Below, in pieces: positions 24,461 through 38,332 of a stretch of 64,000 bases of DNA. Below the pieces are notes generated by a model. It did not search any database. It worked only from the letters and a program-made list of their open reading frames with translations, and was not told the origin of the DNA. Location: positions 102,054,001 through 102,118,000 of the forward strand of contig NC_058368.1 in NCBI RefSeq assembly GCF_018350175.1, read 5' to 3'. Position 1 is the first letter of the stretch. Every line of letters starts with the position of its first letter. This DNA comes from Felis catus. Taxonomy: Eukaryota. Position numbers and translations under genes: made by a program.

Positions 24461-25824
24461 GCATATATTCACTTCCAGACAGACTTGAAAGGGCAGATTA
24501 TAAGATAAAGGAAGAAGGATTTCATGTTCTTTGGCATTTTTTTTTCCTACTCATCAGATCTAAACCACACAAGTCTTGGCAAAGAAAGGCTTGAAAATTG
24601 GTGGAAGGTTTTGGTACTGTCCCTGTCGGACTGGAAACCCATTTGTTTTTAATATTGGATATATTTTTCAATGTTATATAATAGTGTCTTTCTCCCAGAC
24701 ACTATGCTGGGCACGTACTCTAATTTTTCCCTGGATCTCCCGAGCATCCCTTCAACATTATCATCACTTATAACTGAGCTCAGAGATATGAGATACCTCA
24801 TATGAAGTCTTATGCCTGAGTGTGCCATATCTGTCACACTCCAGAGCCATAACCCTGTCCCCCCCGCGTTCCTTACCTTACAGATTTACTACTTTCTCCT
24901 AGGGTGTATTTTACACCTTCCTCTACTATGTCCCCCGGCTGAAACCGACTACGAAGTTCTCGCTAAATAAAATGGCGAGTTCTTATCTGAAACAAGCAAG
25001 ATTCAAATAACTTGAAGGGGAAAGCTTGCTGGAGGATAACGTATTATTTTAAGGGCATCCCTCAGAGTTATAATGATAAATGAAATTATATTACATATCT
25101 CAATAAAGAGGAAACTACCTTCTCCAGAGCACATAAAATTAGTTCCAAAATTAAAAATTCAGAAGTGAGACGTAAATGAAGGCCATCAATTAATTTTTAT
25201 AAAAGAGCTGGCACCATTTTGAAAAAGTTCAATTGTCTCCTCAATGAAAATTAGATAAATAACTTCATTTTATTGAGAAAAATTATTACGATCTGAGAGA
25301 GAGAACTGGAGGCTTTTCGCCTTCAATTAAAAATATCAATCCTCCAGCAGCGTCCCCCCAAATTACTCATCCGCAAATGAGCACACACTCAAAAGAGGAT
25401 TTCACCTAGAGAGCAAAGGAGCAGGAGCTGACAGAGATGCTTCTTTTTATTTGTGATTCTATTTCATCAGGGATAATGAGATTTTTTTTAAATACCCCAA
25501 CAATGGTCGAATAAATATTTAAGTTGTTACAAGCCCCAGGTACTGTCTTACCAGCTGTAACCTACATTCCGAAGGGACCTTAAGACACTGAACGTATTTT
25601 CCAAGTACTTGAGGTTTCTCTAGGTTTCAGGGGCATCTTAGGGCCGCTTGAAAAAGTCACTGCCTGCTCGATCCCTGGTAAAGGGAATAAGGAATGGGAA
25701 GCTGAGCTCTCTATTACTATGTGGTTGGCAAGAGATCTAGAAAGAAGCTGTGTGGATGGTTTATCACTCAGAACGTGAGCGTCCGCCGCATGATGGGAAA
25801 AGACGCAAAACTGTGGCCCTTTAT

Positions 25825-26046
25825 GGGGCGCCTGGGTGGCGCAGTCGGTTAAGCGTCCGACTTCAGCCAGGTCACGATCTCGCGGTCCGTGAGTTCGAGC
25901 CCCGCGTCAGGCTCTGGGCTGATGGCTCGGAGCCTGGAGCCTGTTTCCGATTCTGTGTCTCCCTCTCTCTCTGTCCCTCCCCCGTTCATGCTCTGTCTCT
26001 CTCTGTCTCAAAAATAAATAAACGTTAAAAAAAAAAAATTTAAAAA
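25825..26046 (+). mobile_element. Young Can-SINE (SINEC_Fc1-like)
   Basis: TSD aaaactgtggcccttt 25807-25822 and 26047-26062. Confidence 0.97.
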
Positions 26047-27081
26047 AAAACTGTGGCCCTTTTTATGGTGTTCCACATATGCCTCGCCTCCATGTTTCTC
26101 GACGTACATAGAAGGAAGAAACAAGAAGGGTATTTCTGTGTCCCTGGTCATCCTGTTTATTGACGCTGTGTTTTCACTACTGGAGAAGGATTTGTCAGCA
26201 GGCGCTCAACTAATTGAAGGAACCGGAAACATCTATGAACTCTGCAGAATGTTTCAGGATAGAGCTGTAAGTGACCAGCCCATTTGTTACAATCCTCTCA
26301 ATGGCACAAATGGCCTGAATTCCAAATATCATAATCTAACTGAAACAAGATAAAATGGACTGTTTTCTGTGTCGTCCTGCTGTTTCTTTTCTTTTTCTAA
26401 AGGCATGGAAGCATTTGCCAAAATGTGATATCTGTCATAACAAGCCACAAGGAAAAGGAAAAACCAAAAAAAAAAAAAAAAAAGCAAAACAGTGACGTAT
26501 CCTATTACATGTAACCTATCCACACAAATTGGTCCCAGCAGTTTTCTCTTTAATTCGGGATTTATGGAAACATCTGAGATTATAAAATTAACCAAACAAA
26601 AACAGATGCTATAATTGTGAGGGGCCCAATTCTTGGATGAATCCCAGAGCTAAACATCAGTATATGGAGTAGAAACATTTTTACTTAAGTTCTTATATCT
26701 CAGTTTACAAGCTGATGTGAATATTCCGCATGAAAAGAACTATCTTAAACAGCTTGGAGAAATGAAATTATGTGTACATAAGTGGCCCATTTCTCTCCCT
26801 TTCAAAAGGAAGACAAGGGCTATTAAAATGATAATTTTCTCGAGTTTGTTAATTAATAATAAGATCTCCCACCTATATTTACAATTCCGAGGGAAGACTG
26901 GGAGAGATGCGTGTCTTTGATATAGCTCCCAAATTATGCTTTTAGGTTACCCTGGGGTGATATGTGATAACTCCAGTGCCCTCCAGTCTGCTTATTTACC
27001 GCAGAAGACCAATTCTGAGCAGTATTTTAGCATTTGGTCAGAGGTTGTATCAACCAAAAGGGAAAAGAACATCTTCACATT

Positions 27082-27120
27082 TAAATAAAGGTAAATAAAG
27101 TAAATAAAGGTAAATAAAGT
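27082..27120 (+). repeat. Short tandem repeat (TAAATAAAG[G])x4
   Basis: taaataaaggtaaataaagtaaataaaggtaaataaagt. Confidence 0.85.
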
Positions 27121-27866
27121 AAAGGTCATAGAAAATACCCTTCTAGTCTAGGCTACACTTAGACGTTGTCAAAGACGTGGCAATTATCCTCAGGAAAAAG
27201 AGATATGAAAAGTGAAGTTTGCTCGTCATATTTCCGTGTAAGGGCTGAGGGTGGTTATAGCAATTGACTCCTTGTGGCTATGCTTTTGCCAAGACTGTTT
27301 TTAAGGTAAAAATACGAAGGAAATTAGAGACTTCGGATCAATCAAAAATGTGTTCTTTTTAGGAGTGAAGAGCCTTTAAGTGATCCAAGATACGTGTTCC
27401 GTAGTTTCTCTGAATTCAGGAACACGGGGCAAAAGCTATGGTTCTCAAACTGGGTAAAAGGGCTTTATAAACACACTCAGAGAAATGTCAGGATAATACC
27501 TCCAGGGGACCTTGGCCAAGATTTGTTGATTGGATTTACACAACTAAACCAATCATGATTAAATCGCCTCAGGGCCAAAGTTCAAAGGGATAACAATCAG
27601 AATGCATAAAGAGTAGAGCCACAACTGGCATGTATTAAAATAAATAAGATGTCGACATAAAGGGATGTGTCTTTCAGTGCTTTATAGTCCTGCTCATAGA
27701 AGGTCATTAGAAAAGGATTGGACCAGACCATGGCGAATAAAAAAAATCCCACAAACAAGGACCTTCCACAGAAATCTAATTTCTTCTTGAGTTCTTTATG
27801 GATGAAATGTGGTAACTGTTAGCAAGAGCCCTCCGGCTGATTTATATTTCTATGAAGTTGAATAAG

Positions 27867-28100
27867 CAGTGTTTCCCACAATGTATTCCAGGAAACACAA
27901 AACCCATGGAATGTTCATTAGCTAACCATTCTCCTCTGCTACCAAGGTGAGTCATCTAGGAAACATGGGTTTAAATCTGGTTTACCAGATCGTCTTCCTA
28001 GAATCCACGTTTCCCAAATTTATTGGACGGCAGAATCCCTTTTTCTGAGGCAAATCTTGCAGGGAGAGTGTTCCTTTGGAATACGCTTTGGGGAACCCAA
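27867..28100. mobile_element. hAT-Charlie non-autonomous DNA transposon (MER103-like)
   Basis: Imperfect terminal inverted repeats cagtgtttcccacaatgtattccaggaaacac / gtgttcctttggaatacgctttgggaac. Confidence 0.6.
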
Positions 28101-28849
28101 ATCTGCATTAACTATTGTACAAGTTCCGTACATGGTTCAAGGTCCCAAGGTGAAGACAGCTGGTTGGTTGGTCCATTCTGACCCTGAGCCAGCCTTCCTT
28201 CACACTCAAGAGCTGCACCTTCATCTTCTTCTCCATCAAATGATGATCTGATTCCCCTTAAACTAAGATAAAAATGCTTTCTAAGAGCCTGTTTTCTTCC
28301 ACAAATTTTCACCCAACAGAACTGAAATTGTGACGTGAAAGAACATCATACTTACTCAGATATTCTAGGCAAGCAAGTGAGAGCAATGTTTGGAAGACTC
28401 ACGGAGGTCTTTACAGGCATCTTGAGACCGTATGCCATAGACAGATAGTCATACCAGACGGTAACCCAGCCCAAGCCACCAAGAGCTTGGAAACCCAAAG
28501 CACTTGTTTCTTAAGTTCCCTGCATCTGAGCAGTTAATTCCATGAGCGATCTGATAACAGAGTCACCGCAAAGTGATGGCCTCAACCTCATTTCACCACT
28601 GACCTTGGACTAGATGTTCCCTACTAGAGAACCTGGCCCAAGAGCCACCTAGCTGGCCAGGGCTCAGCTGACAGTGGATTTGTCTTGGCATCAAGTGTCC
28701 TCCACTCTCCAGACCATGTTCACACAAGCTGTTAGCACCACAACTCCATGAAGTAACAGTTCCCCAAGGTGTCCAGAAAGTCAACATTCAAAACTCCAGG
28801 CAGAAAGGCAGTGCGCATCTTGACTCATTTCCCATTACCGGGCTGATTC

Positions 28850-29100
28850 TTTCACTAAACTGTCACTGAGCCACGTGGTCCTAGGTACTGGAGACAGAAT
28901 AAAGAACAAGACAAATAAGGCCCAAGAAATTATGGGTCTTACAGTTCAGTTGGGGGAAGACAGCCAAGAAACCAACAAAGAAGAAAATATCAAGCGATGC
29001 TTAAATACAACAAAGAAAATATCACTAAGTGACATGAAGTACAGTCGTGGAGCTATTGGACCAATGTTCAGAGAGAGGACTCTGATATCCAGAGATAACA
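28850..29100 (-). mobile_element. L2 3' fragment
   Basis: gtcctaggtactggagacaga..aacaagaca..cttacagttcagttggggaagac. Confidence 0.55.
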
Positions 29101-29567
29101 AAGACAGATGCAAGGCAGGATCTGAGAAGGCACCTGAGACATTGGAAGAAAGGTAGACATACATGTAGGATCTGAGGTATATGACCACAAGTGGGTGAGG
29201 GACTCAGGAAGTCAGGCCCAAGAACACATAACAGAATGAGGGTGTGTAGAGGTACAATATGGCTGCCACTCTTTGAACATTACTGAGCGTGTGATGATTC
29301 TAATTCCAATTAAAACATTTAAAGGTCAACAGTGGGATAGCAAATGCCCTGTAAGGAGTAAAAAGAGTCAGCCAACCAAAGTTCTTGCTCCAAAGGGTCA
29401 CTGTTTGATTTTCTGTTCCAATTACCATAGATCTTGGACCTGGGGTGAACATATCCCTACTGCGTGGGAAGATGAGTGAAGAGCAGGAACCAGATCCTGG
29501 CATTTTTACAAAGAGCAAGTCAAGTGACTTTATCCTAAAGATTCATATATGAAAGACCCGTAGGCCA

Positions 29568-29761
29568 GGGTGCCTGGGTGGCTCAGTCAGTTGAGCGTCT
29601 GACTCTTGATTTCGGCTCAGGTCGTGATTTCATGGGTTCATGGGATGGAGTTCCGCATCGGGCTCACACTGCCCACTTGGAATTCTCTCCCTCTCTCTCT
29701 GCCCCTCCTGTGCTTGTGCGCACATACTCTCTCTCTTTCTGAAAATAAATAAATAAATGTA

Positions 29762-29762
<1 letters not shown>
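29568..29762 (+). mobile_element. Can-SINE followed by (GA)n
   Basis: gggtgcctgggtggctcagtc head; aaaataaataaata tail. Confidence 0.9.
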
Positions 29763-29808
<46 letters not shown>

Positions 29809-29930
29809 AAGAGAAAGACAGACCGACCTGTACTTCACTTGCTTATAATGATAGCAGCCAGAACTCAGCTGAATTTTCTAACTGCAAATTCAAACCTGGC
29901 TTCACACATTTGATTCATTTCCTGGGCTGG

Positions 29931-30489
29931 TGTGATGGTTCATTTGATGTGTCAACTCAACTGGGCTAAGGGATACTCAGAGAGCTGGTAAAGACATCTT
30001 TTTCTGAATGTGTCGGCAAGGGTATTTCTGGAAGAGGTTAACATTTAAATTGTAGACTGAGCTAAGAAGATCTGCCCTTGCCAACATGAATTGGCATCAG
30101 GCAACCCACTGAAGGCCCAAATAAAACAGGCAGAGGAAGGGCAAATTTGCTCTCTCTGCTTGAGGTGGGACATCTATCTTGTCCTACTCTCAGATACTGT
30201 TGTTCCTGCTTCTCAGACGTGTGGACTCAGGTACTGGAGTCCCCTCTTTCCCAGGCCCTCACCATTGGTTCCCCTCTTTCCCAGGCCCTCACCATTGGTT
30301 CCCCTCTTTCCCAGGCCCTCAAGTGTGACCTGGAACCACACCACCTTTCCTGGTTCTCTAGCTTGGGGAGGGCAGATTAGGAGACTTCTTGGCCTCCACA
30401 ACCATATACGCCAACCCCTCATTATAAATCTCTTTATATATTTTCTTATGTATCCTGTTGGTTCTGCTTCTCTGCAGAATGCTAATACA
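29931..30489 (+). mobile_element. MLT2-type (ERVL) solo LTR
   Basis: Starts tgtgatggttcatttgatgtgtcaact, ends ctaataca; TSD gctgg/tctgg. Confidence 0.9.
30240..30321 (+). repeat. 30-bp tandem repeat, ~2.7 identical copies, inside the MLT2 LTR
   Basis: cccctctttcccaggccctcaccattggtt at 30241, 30271, partial at 30301. Confidence 0.95.
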
Positions 30490-30861
30490 TCTGGTATAAG
30501 AAATGGTGATTCTGTACATCAGCTACAGAGAGTACCCATATGACCAGTTGGCTGGGCAGGTATTTGACATGACACGCACTCTCTTTAAATGCAAAATCCC
30601 TTATTGTTCAATCTGGTTAAGTTAGCAGTCACTGGTAATATTTGCATATAAGCTCTGGACTTCATATCTCCTGTAAAAAAAAAACAGATGGTCAAAAATA
30701 CATTTTCTACATATAAAGATTTCATTAAAAAAAAAATTCAGTCTATTTATTTCTCGGCCTGGCCATGTAATAAAATGTGGTTCTGAAAATTTTGGGCATC
30801 CTGCCTAAGAAACGGTTTTCAGGGTCAGCTTTTTCAATGTCCTAAAATGAAAGAGAGAGAC

Positions 30862-30894
<33 letters not shown>

Positions 30895-32984
30895 GGGAGG
30901 GAGGGAGAGACAGACAGATGGGGGGCAGGGAGAAAAGCTACTTTTTGGCTAAACTATAGGAAAAAAATAGAAAACATTTGAAATTCACTTACCTAGAAAG
31001 TTGATTGAGTTTAATGCTTTACACCAAGAGTTAATGCTGTCGAACATTGATATTTTCAAAATCTGGTCACAGTTTTTCTATTTTCAGCAAACATGAAGCA
31101 AAAGGCAGTACTTTCTGTTACATTCGGTGACGGGTAAAAAGATAAAACTCACTTCAGCTCTAGAAATGCCCTTTACACATGTTTTATAAGTTGCAAACCC
31201 TACCGTTCATACTTGGTGCTCCCAAAGGGTATCATAGGGGCCCCTTTAACCTCTACATAACCTTCACTAATTCCAAAATCTGCACTGGAATTCTCAATGT
31301 AAGTTAGAGCAGTACGCTTGCTATGCAATATAGTTTTAATACATTCCCTTCCCTTGCCTTCTCTTCCAGTTTGCTACTTTTAAGCCCCTCCCCGCAGAAA
31401 TCCTATGCCCTCCCACGGCCCCTGTACCGTATGATAGACGAAGAAAGATCAAGCCCACGTGGGAAGAAAGGGCATGAGTAGAATGTAAGAAAACCTCAGA
31501 GAGGAAACGTGATTGAGTGTTCCTTAATGGCTCTGTTCAAATCTCCCAAGTGGGGTGAGGGCCGGCCAAGTCCTGCCACAGCAAAGGTCTGGTTGGACAC
31601 TGAAAAGTAAGGGACAGTGTCAAGAAGGATCCGGAAGACCAGTATGACCCCAGGCATAGTGTGAGCCTGGGGGAAACCATTCGCAGGTATGTGGTATGGA
31701 GCTGTGCTCCAGGGGACCCCCTGAAAGATCGGGGTACCTGGCTGGATAACAATATTGACTGTTCTCTCAGGGGGTTACATCTGAGAAGAACAAAATAAAA
31801 TTCTTTCTGAATACAAAGTACTCTGTAAAGACTAAACAATGGCAAAGGGCTCTCCAGCTTGTATATCTTGGTGAGTGCTTTCTCACTTTGCTATCTTTCC
31901 TGCAGGACTGTTCACAGGGACTTGCGAATGTGTGTCTTTTTCTCTGGCTTCATTCGTCTTTCTCTTTGTACCGTAATCAGCCCGTCTCCAGCTCTCACTT
32001 CCACTGATATCAGAAGAATGTCTTCCTTTCTGCAGATCTTTGCATCTCTGTTAGTCCATCTTATTTAATTTCAGGCTCTCTACAGCCCTTCCCTTATTCT
32101 CTCATAGATCTTACTTTGAAAAATAGATCGTGTTTTTGAGGTTCCCTCCTCAACCCTGCCCTGTCCACCTCTCTGACATCTCATTTCTTTCTCTGCTCTG
32201 CCATGTACCTCAGCCTGCCTTTATTTAATACTCTAGAAAGGGTGAGGCGGGAAAGAGCGGGCTCATAAATTACACAAAGAACCAATCTCTCTACTACTAA
32301 AATGGTGTTCTACTGATCTAATTTGTCAATAGATTGTTTAGTACCTCACAAAATCGGACATGCACAACTGGTAGTAAAAATTGACCACGTTGCTAGACGT
32401 AAATTCCCTCTGATTGCAGGGCCAAGAAGTGGAAATCCATACACGCAAGCAGAGAAGTATTGAGGCAGCTGCATTCGCTTCAGGGCTTGACACCCTATCG
32501 CGGACGTTTCAGGAAAGTGTTGGGTCCCAACTCCCCAGATGCACTTCGGAGGGCTGAGCAGTGTGAACGTAATGAGAAATGAAGCCTTTAAATATTCCTC
32601 CGTACGGGCTTGTCGTCGTGAGTATCTACAGAATATCATGTGAGCGGGCGAGAGATCCACAGACATTCACAAGGACAATATAAGCCAAAAGGATCACCAC
32701 TTCACGTGCCACAGCACTTCCGACTGAAAAGGAGTATTTGTCAAAAAGACATAGGTGTGTTCCCCAGGCGGTGCTGACCGTACAGCTGCGATGGGTTTGC
32801 TGAATGTCTCTCACTGACGCCCCATCCTTCTGAAGAGGCAAATAAGGATCTTTCGCACGCAACATCTCTTAACGAGGGTTTGGGGATGGCAAATGCTTTA
32901 ACCATAAAAAACAGATCGATGAGGCGTCCTGAAATGTTATGATCAGGAAAATTACCCTAGCTGTAACTTTCAAATAGCCGAATT

Positions 32985-33046
32985 TTCTTTCTTTCGTTCT
33001 TTCTTTCGTTCTTTCTTTCGTTCTTTCTTTTTTTTTTTTTTTTTTT
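32985..33046 (+). repeat. (CTTTCTTTCGTT)n plus poly-T
   Basis: 12-bp period, about 3.5 copies. Confidence 0.85.
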
Positions 33047-33927
33047 AGGCTTTGATAACCCATACAAACTGGTCTCACCATTTCAAATGACTTTGGGAGC
33101 TCTAAGTTATTTATAACCCGTGCCATGCCAACGAAAGCAAACTATTTTACGATGGCTTATGAGGACAGACCTAACCTGTATCTTTCTTCCAGGCTGTCCT
33201 TTCCTCCTTATTGCCTCTTTTTTATGTCCTTTCTTCCTCTCACTGGTTTACACCAAGTCTCTTGATAAACTTTAACTGCACGGACTTGATTTATTTGTCA
33301 CCCAAATTTATAATTCTTAAAGTTTTCTCGGAAGACATTTCAGGGAATTGTGTAAAACAATTGTTTGTGTCTCCTATAGCACATGCTAATAGTATCTTCT
33401 GACTCTGTGTTTATACAAGCTTTCTTTCCGTCCATTACAACCAATCAATGGCTTATCAGATGCAGCATGCTTGAAGGGTGAGCTTTCCTGTTTCCACTAA
33501 ATGCTGAAATACGTCCTCTGGAATGATGTCATTTGGTATGTCCCGAGCTACTCAAATTGCTGGAAACCAGAAAAGCCCTTACTATTCAGAAAGATAGGTA
33601 GACAGGTGGATGGATGGACGGATTGATGGATGGATAGGTACGTAGGTAGGTATGGAAAATAAACGAGTACTTCTTGGAAAAATGAAGAGACGCAAATATA
33701 TCATAAAATAAAACCTTCTCCCGTGTGTTTATGTTGTGTGCGTGTGTAACTTCCTGAGCTTCTAAGCTCTTGAAGACGGAGAATATAAGAAAAAACTGCC
33801 CGTCAGTAGAGCCAAAATGAAGTGAGGTCACTGGACATTCATGACCTCTGGGTATATTAAGAGCAATTTCTGGGTACAAGGAGGACTGTTATCGGATACA
33901 GATGCACATACACAGATAGGAGTATTT

Positions 33928-33996
33928 ATGCAACTGACATAAATACCAATAGGATGGAATAATTTGAGCGGACATAGGAAAAATAAATCAAATCCA

Positions 33997-34003
<7 letters not shown>
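33928..34003 (+). repeat. Copy 1 of 76-bp dispersed direct repeat, followed by (CA)n
   Basis: 73/76 identical to 36942-37017. Confidence 0.93.
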
Positions 34004-34039
<36 letters not shown>

Positions 34040-35886
34040 CCACATACATACATATATCTCACAGGGTGATTCTTACACACCCTGACTTTTCCACTACTTG
34101 ATTAAAAGACTAGACATTTCCCCTTGAGATTGGATCTGCCGCCTAATGTGCTGTAATTGCCACAGAGTGCTCGCATGGCAGCAATGAGCACTATTCTGTA
34201 ATAAATTTGGGTCACTGCAGAGTTCATCATGCAGTCCTCGGCAACGGGAGATAAAGCGCTGGTTAGTTCGTCTCTAGCTTTAAGCTGTGGCGTCACTGGT
34301 TGTCCGGCTTAATGATATTAATAGAGGTAAATGGCCGCCAACTGTCCATGTCCTAGGGCTTTCTCTTCCCACTGCCTACGTAATCTTTCATCCCTAAGAG
34401 ACGCAAATCAGAGTGCGCAAAAAGGAGCAATTCCCCCTTTTCTTTCGCTCATTCTTTTCATTACCCTGTATGCCTTCAAATCAGTATTTTAAAAATCTTT
34501 TAGCTCATGTAAGTTGCCTCATCTATTTCTCTGGCAGAAAAACAAATAGAGCTTGGCGCAGGGTTTTCAGAGGTGCTGACTCCAATAGCTAAGTGGTCAA
34601 ATGAGCTTAGTGAGTGCTTTTCTTTAGAGAAATGTTTTCTTCCCTTGCTTCATTACCCACCCACTTCAGAGATGGCTTATTTACAGATTGCTGACCGAAG
34701 GAATGAATTCCTGCCACCTCTAAACACATTTTACAAGACTGCCAGCCAGATTTAACCCTCCACTCCAGCCGGCACCATGTTCTAGTCATCTCTTTCCGGA
34801 TTCTTCTACGTCCACACCCACAGCTCACTCTTTCTCCCGCTCCCCCCTCCCCCCCCCACCCCGCCCGCCATGCCCTGAAAAATCTAACATCCATTAATGC
34901 TCAAATTTTCTTCTGTGAAACTTTCAGAACTCATTATTGTAATACAATACAAGGGGGATTCAATAAAAGGAATTAAAGCAACGGAGCAAGAGCTCAAAGA
35001 ATTAGAGAGACCACATGGCCACCTTTCAACACCAGCACACATATTTAAATCAGGGAGCCCCATGCAGTGGGCTTCAGACCGAGGGCTGAGACATGCGTTC
35101 GGCTTTTGAAGATCTTCACCTTAAAACACGTTTGAAGCTTTTAATAAGTGAGTTAGGACGGTGTAAATCTTGTTAAAGCAAGGGAACATGAAGTGCACCG
35201 TCGAAAAGGCAGCCTGTTAGTGCTCGGAGGGAAATAAGCGTCCTCACTCTGCTCTTATATCAACATCAGTGGGGAAGCAAGAATGCGCCCTTTACCTCGC
35301 TTCCCATTGATGAAAATTCTCTCCCTTTTAAAGAGAGAAGAGGTTCTAGCATGAACAGGCACCCGTGCTTGTTTTACTTATCATTATTTATTTTCACGGG
35401 AACTTCTTTTTTTCTTCTAAAAAGATTTCTTTAATCCTATGTAAATGTAGGGTATAATCTTCCCCAGCTGCGACCGGTTACAGAGAAAATTCTCACAACT
35501 CAGATTTGTCCTGTAACAGTAAATCCCTCAAAATGAAGGAAGAGGCTCAAAAAGGCAAAAGACCACCCCCAAGGGCTTTGTCATCAACAGTAGGCAGGAA
35601 AAAAAAATGTCCCAAGTGTGTGGGTACCCCAAGAAACCAAAGACTAAATGTCTGAGACATATGGAAGTTCTTGTGGGTACGAGAGAACCCAGTTCTCAAA
35701 GTCATAGGAGCCACCAGATTTTCCCACAGGAAAGAAAAGAAAAAAGAAGAAAGAAAGCTTCACTTTGTCTTAATTCCCATTGGCACCAAATATTCTTAAA
35801 GATGCACAAATAAGTAATAATTTTCTAAGGACATACAACCACAATTCTTAATAACCTACCCTAGGTTTTGCAGACAGGAAATTCTT

Positions 35887-36090
35887 TTTTTTCGGAAGTT
35901 TTATTTATTTTGAGAGAGGGAGGGAGAGAGCAAGAAAGCAGGGGAGGGGCAGAGACAGGGAGAGAGAGAGACAATCCCAGGCAGGCTGTGCACCATCAGG
36001 GCAGCGGGACTCGAACTCGCAAACTGTGAGATCATGACCCGAGCCAAAATCAAGAGTCGGAAACTTAACCTCCTGAGCCACCCAGGCGCG
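35887..36090 (-). mobile_element. Can-SINE
   Basis: Ends tgagccacccaggcgc; TSD-like acaggaaattctt/acaagaaacttctt. Confidence 0.88.
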
Positions 36091-36941
36091 ACAAGAAACT
36101 TCTTATTTACAGGTGACCTTGAGCAGCTCACTAACCCTCTCTGGATCTCACTTTCTTCCCCTGGATTGTGGGACAAGGTCTATTCTCGCATGATTGCTGA
36201 AAAAATGGGAGGAGCTACTAAAATCCCTGTAGGCGGCACAGGGTACCCACTTAACAAACTTCAAGTCCCTGCTATCCTTGCTCTGAAAGGCAAAAACCAT
36301 GTCTTGTGATACAGAGAAAACGTATTTTAATAATACCGGCAGTGGATTTGGAATTATATGAAAACATAGCCTACGTTCAACCCGCTATAGACTGTTGGGG
36401 TGTTTATTTCAGTGAATCTCATTGTGTTTTCTTTCTCATTTTTTTTTTTTTTCCACCAAAAAGAACGCTGGAGTCATTTATTTCCTTGCAAGAGCACTGT
36501 GGACGTCTTTGTAAGTCTGAGAGCATTATCTGACAAATAATCAATGTTTGGCTGTAACCCGAGGGCCTCCAAAGCGAGAGGACATTACTCAGCATGGTAT
36601 CATGGGGAAGGAGGCAAAGCTAGCTCAACTGTTTTCCACATGGAAATTATCATGTGATTTTTGCCCGGGACTCTCCGTCATACCACTTCCTATAGGACTG
36701 GATCTGGAGCTCGGAATTATTTTGATTACGCATCACGTCTACCTTTGTATCTAGACAACTTTTCTTTCACACGCCTGCTGCAGCGTGTCGTATGTTTACT
36801 GACAGGTATTGGTGAAGCGACAGAAAAGCTGTATGTCTTTATGTTCTTCACTTTGCAGAGGTTAAACTGACCTTTTAACAGACCCACAATAAAATTGGAA
36901 TCTGAAAAGAGTGTAGGGCCCAGGTATAAAACACCCCCCGG

Positions 36942-37017
36942 ATGCAACTGACATAAATACTAATAGGATGGAATAATTTGAGTGGACATAGGAAAAATAA
37001 ATCAAATTCACTCACAC
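36942..37017 (+). repeat. Copy 2 of 76-bp dispersed direct repeat
   Basis: 73/76 identical to 33928-34003. Confidence 0.93.
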
Positions 37018-38332
37018 TTAAATATAGAAAACTATGGTAGAGACACAGACCATGACTAAAGGTGTGATTTACTTCTGACAAAGCCCAGTAAAATTGAAAT
37101 ACCTAAAACCATATTCCCAACCACCTTGAGGAAAGCACGCAAGTTCCGAAATTTTTTGCTTGCGTCCAAAATACGTTCTTTCTCTGTTATCTGCTAATGG
37201 AGAAGTATAAAGCATACAGACTGTTATGAAAAATTCCCCCAGGGTATGCTTTTGAACTGTGCAAGGAGCAAGCAAATAATTTCCACATAAGGTCTTGTGT
37301 CATAAATACATGATCCTCTCTTGTCTTAACTGCCTGATTTTATATAATATACCGTAGAGCGAGATATGGAGTTAGGCAGAAAAATCTTTAAGCTCGAACG
37401 TGAAAAGGGCATACATAAGCACCGCCTAATGAGTTTTTTAATACCTTGTATACATAAGCAGACAGTTGGGAGAATCTGGGGTGTTGTGATGACTAGAGCT
37501 ACTTTGGTCATGATTTTGCAGGATCGCCCCAAATCAGAGCCAATGCCGAAGTGAGGAGTGAAAAATACAATAGGACACCCCGACGGAGATACAATGGTTA
37601 GGGAAGAGCAGAAGAACGGGGACAGAAAGATCCAGGGCAGTCCTGAGAGCGCTGGAGACCCTTGAGAAATTGGTAATTATTAAGAATAACCACATCAGGA
37701 ACGACGGTTGCACTTACAAGAGTATCTTAGACAACAGGCTTTGGAATTTGAGACTGCGACCGACGACGGAGGGCTGTGAAGTGAGCTACCCTTGGAATAT
37801 GAGCCATATAAACGAGGTTCTGAATTCCTACTCTCTCATTGTGGCCAACCATACAGAGCAGCTGAAGCCCTGAGCATCTGGGCCCAGACGCCAGTCGGTA
37901 GACTATCACCACGGGGCCTGCATTCATGACTCAAAACAAAGGTGGTTCTCAGCCAGCTTACAGCACCTAACCTTGGCATTTTAGGGGATGTTTGAAATGT
38001 TTTTTAGCATTCAAAGTCTTACTGTTTGAACCTAAAAGAGCATTCTGCAGAATATGGCAAGAATGAAACGAGCCGCAAATTCTAGGTAATATAAGAAACT
38101 TTTTGAAATGTCTCAAATTCCAATGAGGAGTATCCAAAAAAAAAAAAAAAAAAAGAAACCTGCAAAAAAGGGAACATTCCCCTTTTTAATTTACATTTGG
38201 GGAAAGGTGAATAGGAAATGTATAAAATAAGTTACATAATATCTCTTAATTTGGGGAACAAATCAAAAAAGGTGATTATTTAACATAGAAGATGGAATTA
38301 TAAATGACTTCTCTCAAAAAGCTCATCTATCA

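Noticed and set aside
30240..30321. CRISPR-like array
   Set aside because: Eukaryotic context, contiguous tandem units with no spacers, no cas genes.
34160..34200. Hairpin acagagtgctc..gagcactattctgt as a pre-miRNA
   Set aside because: Stem too short and interrupted for a Drosha substrate.
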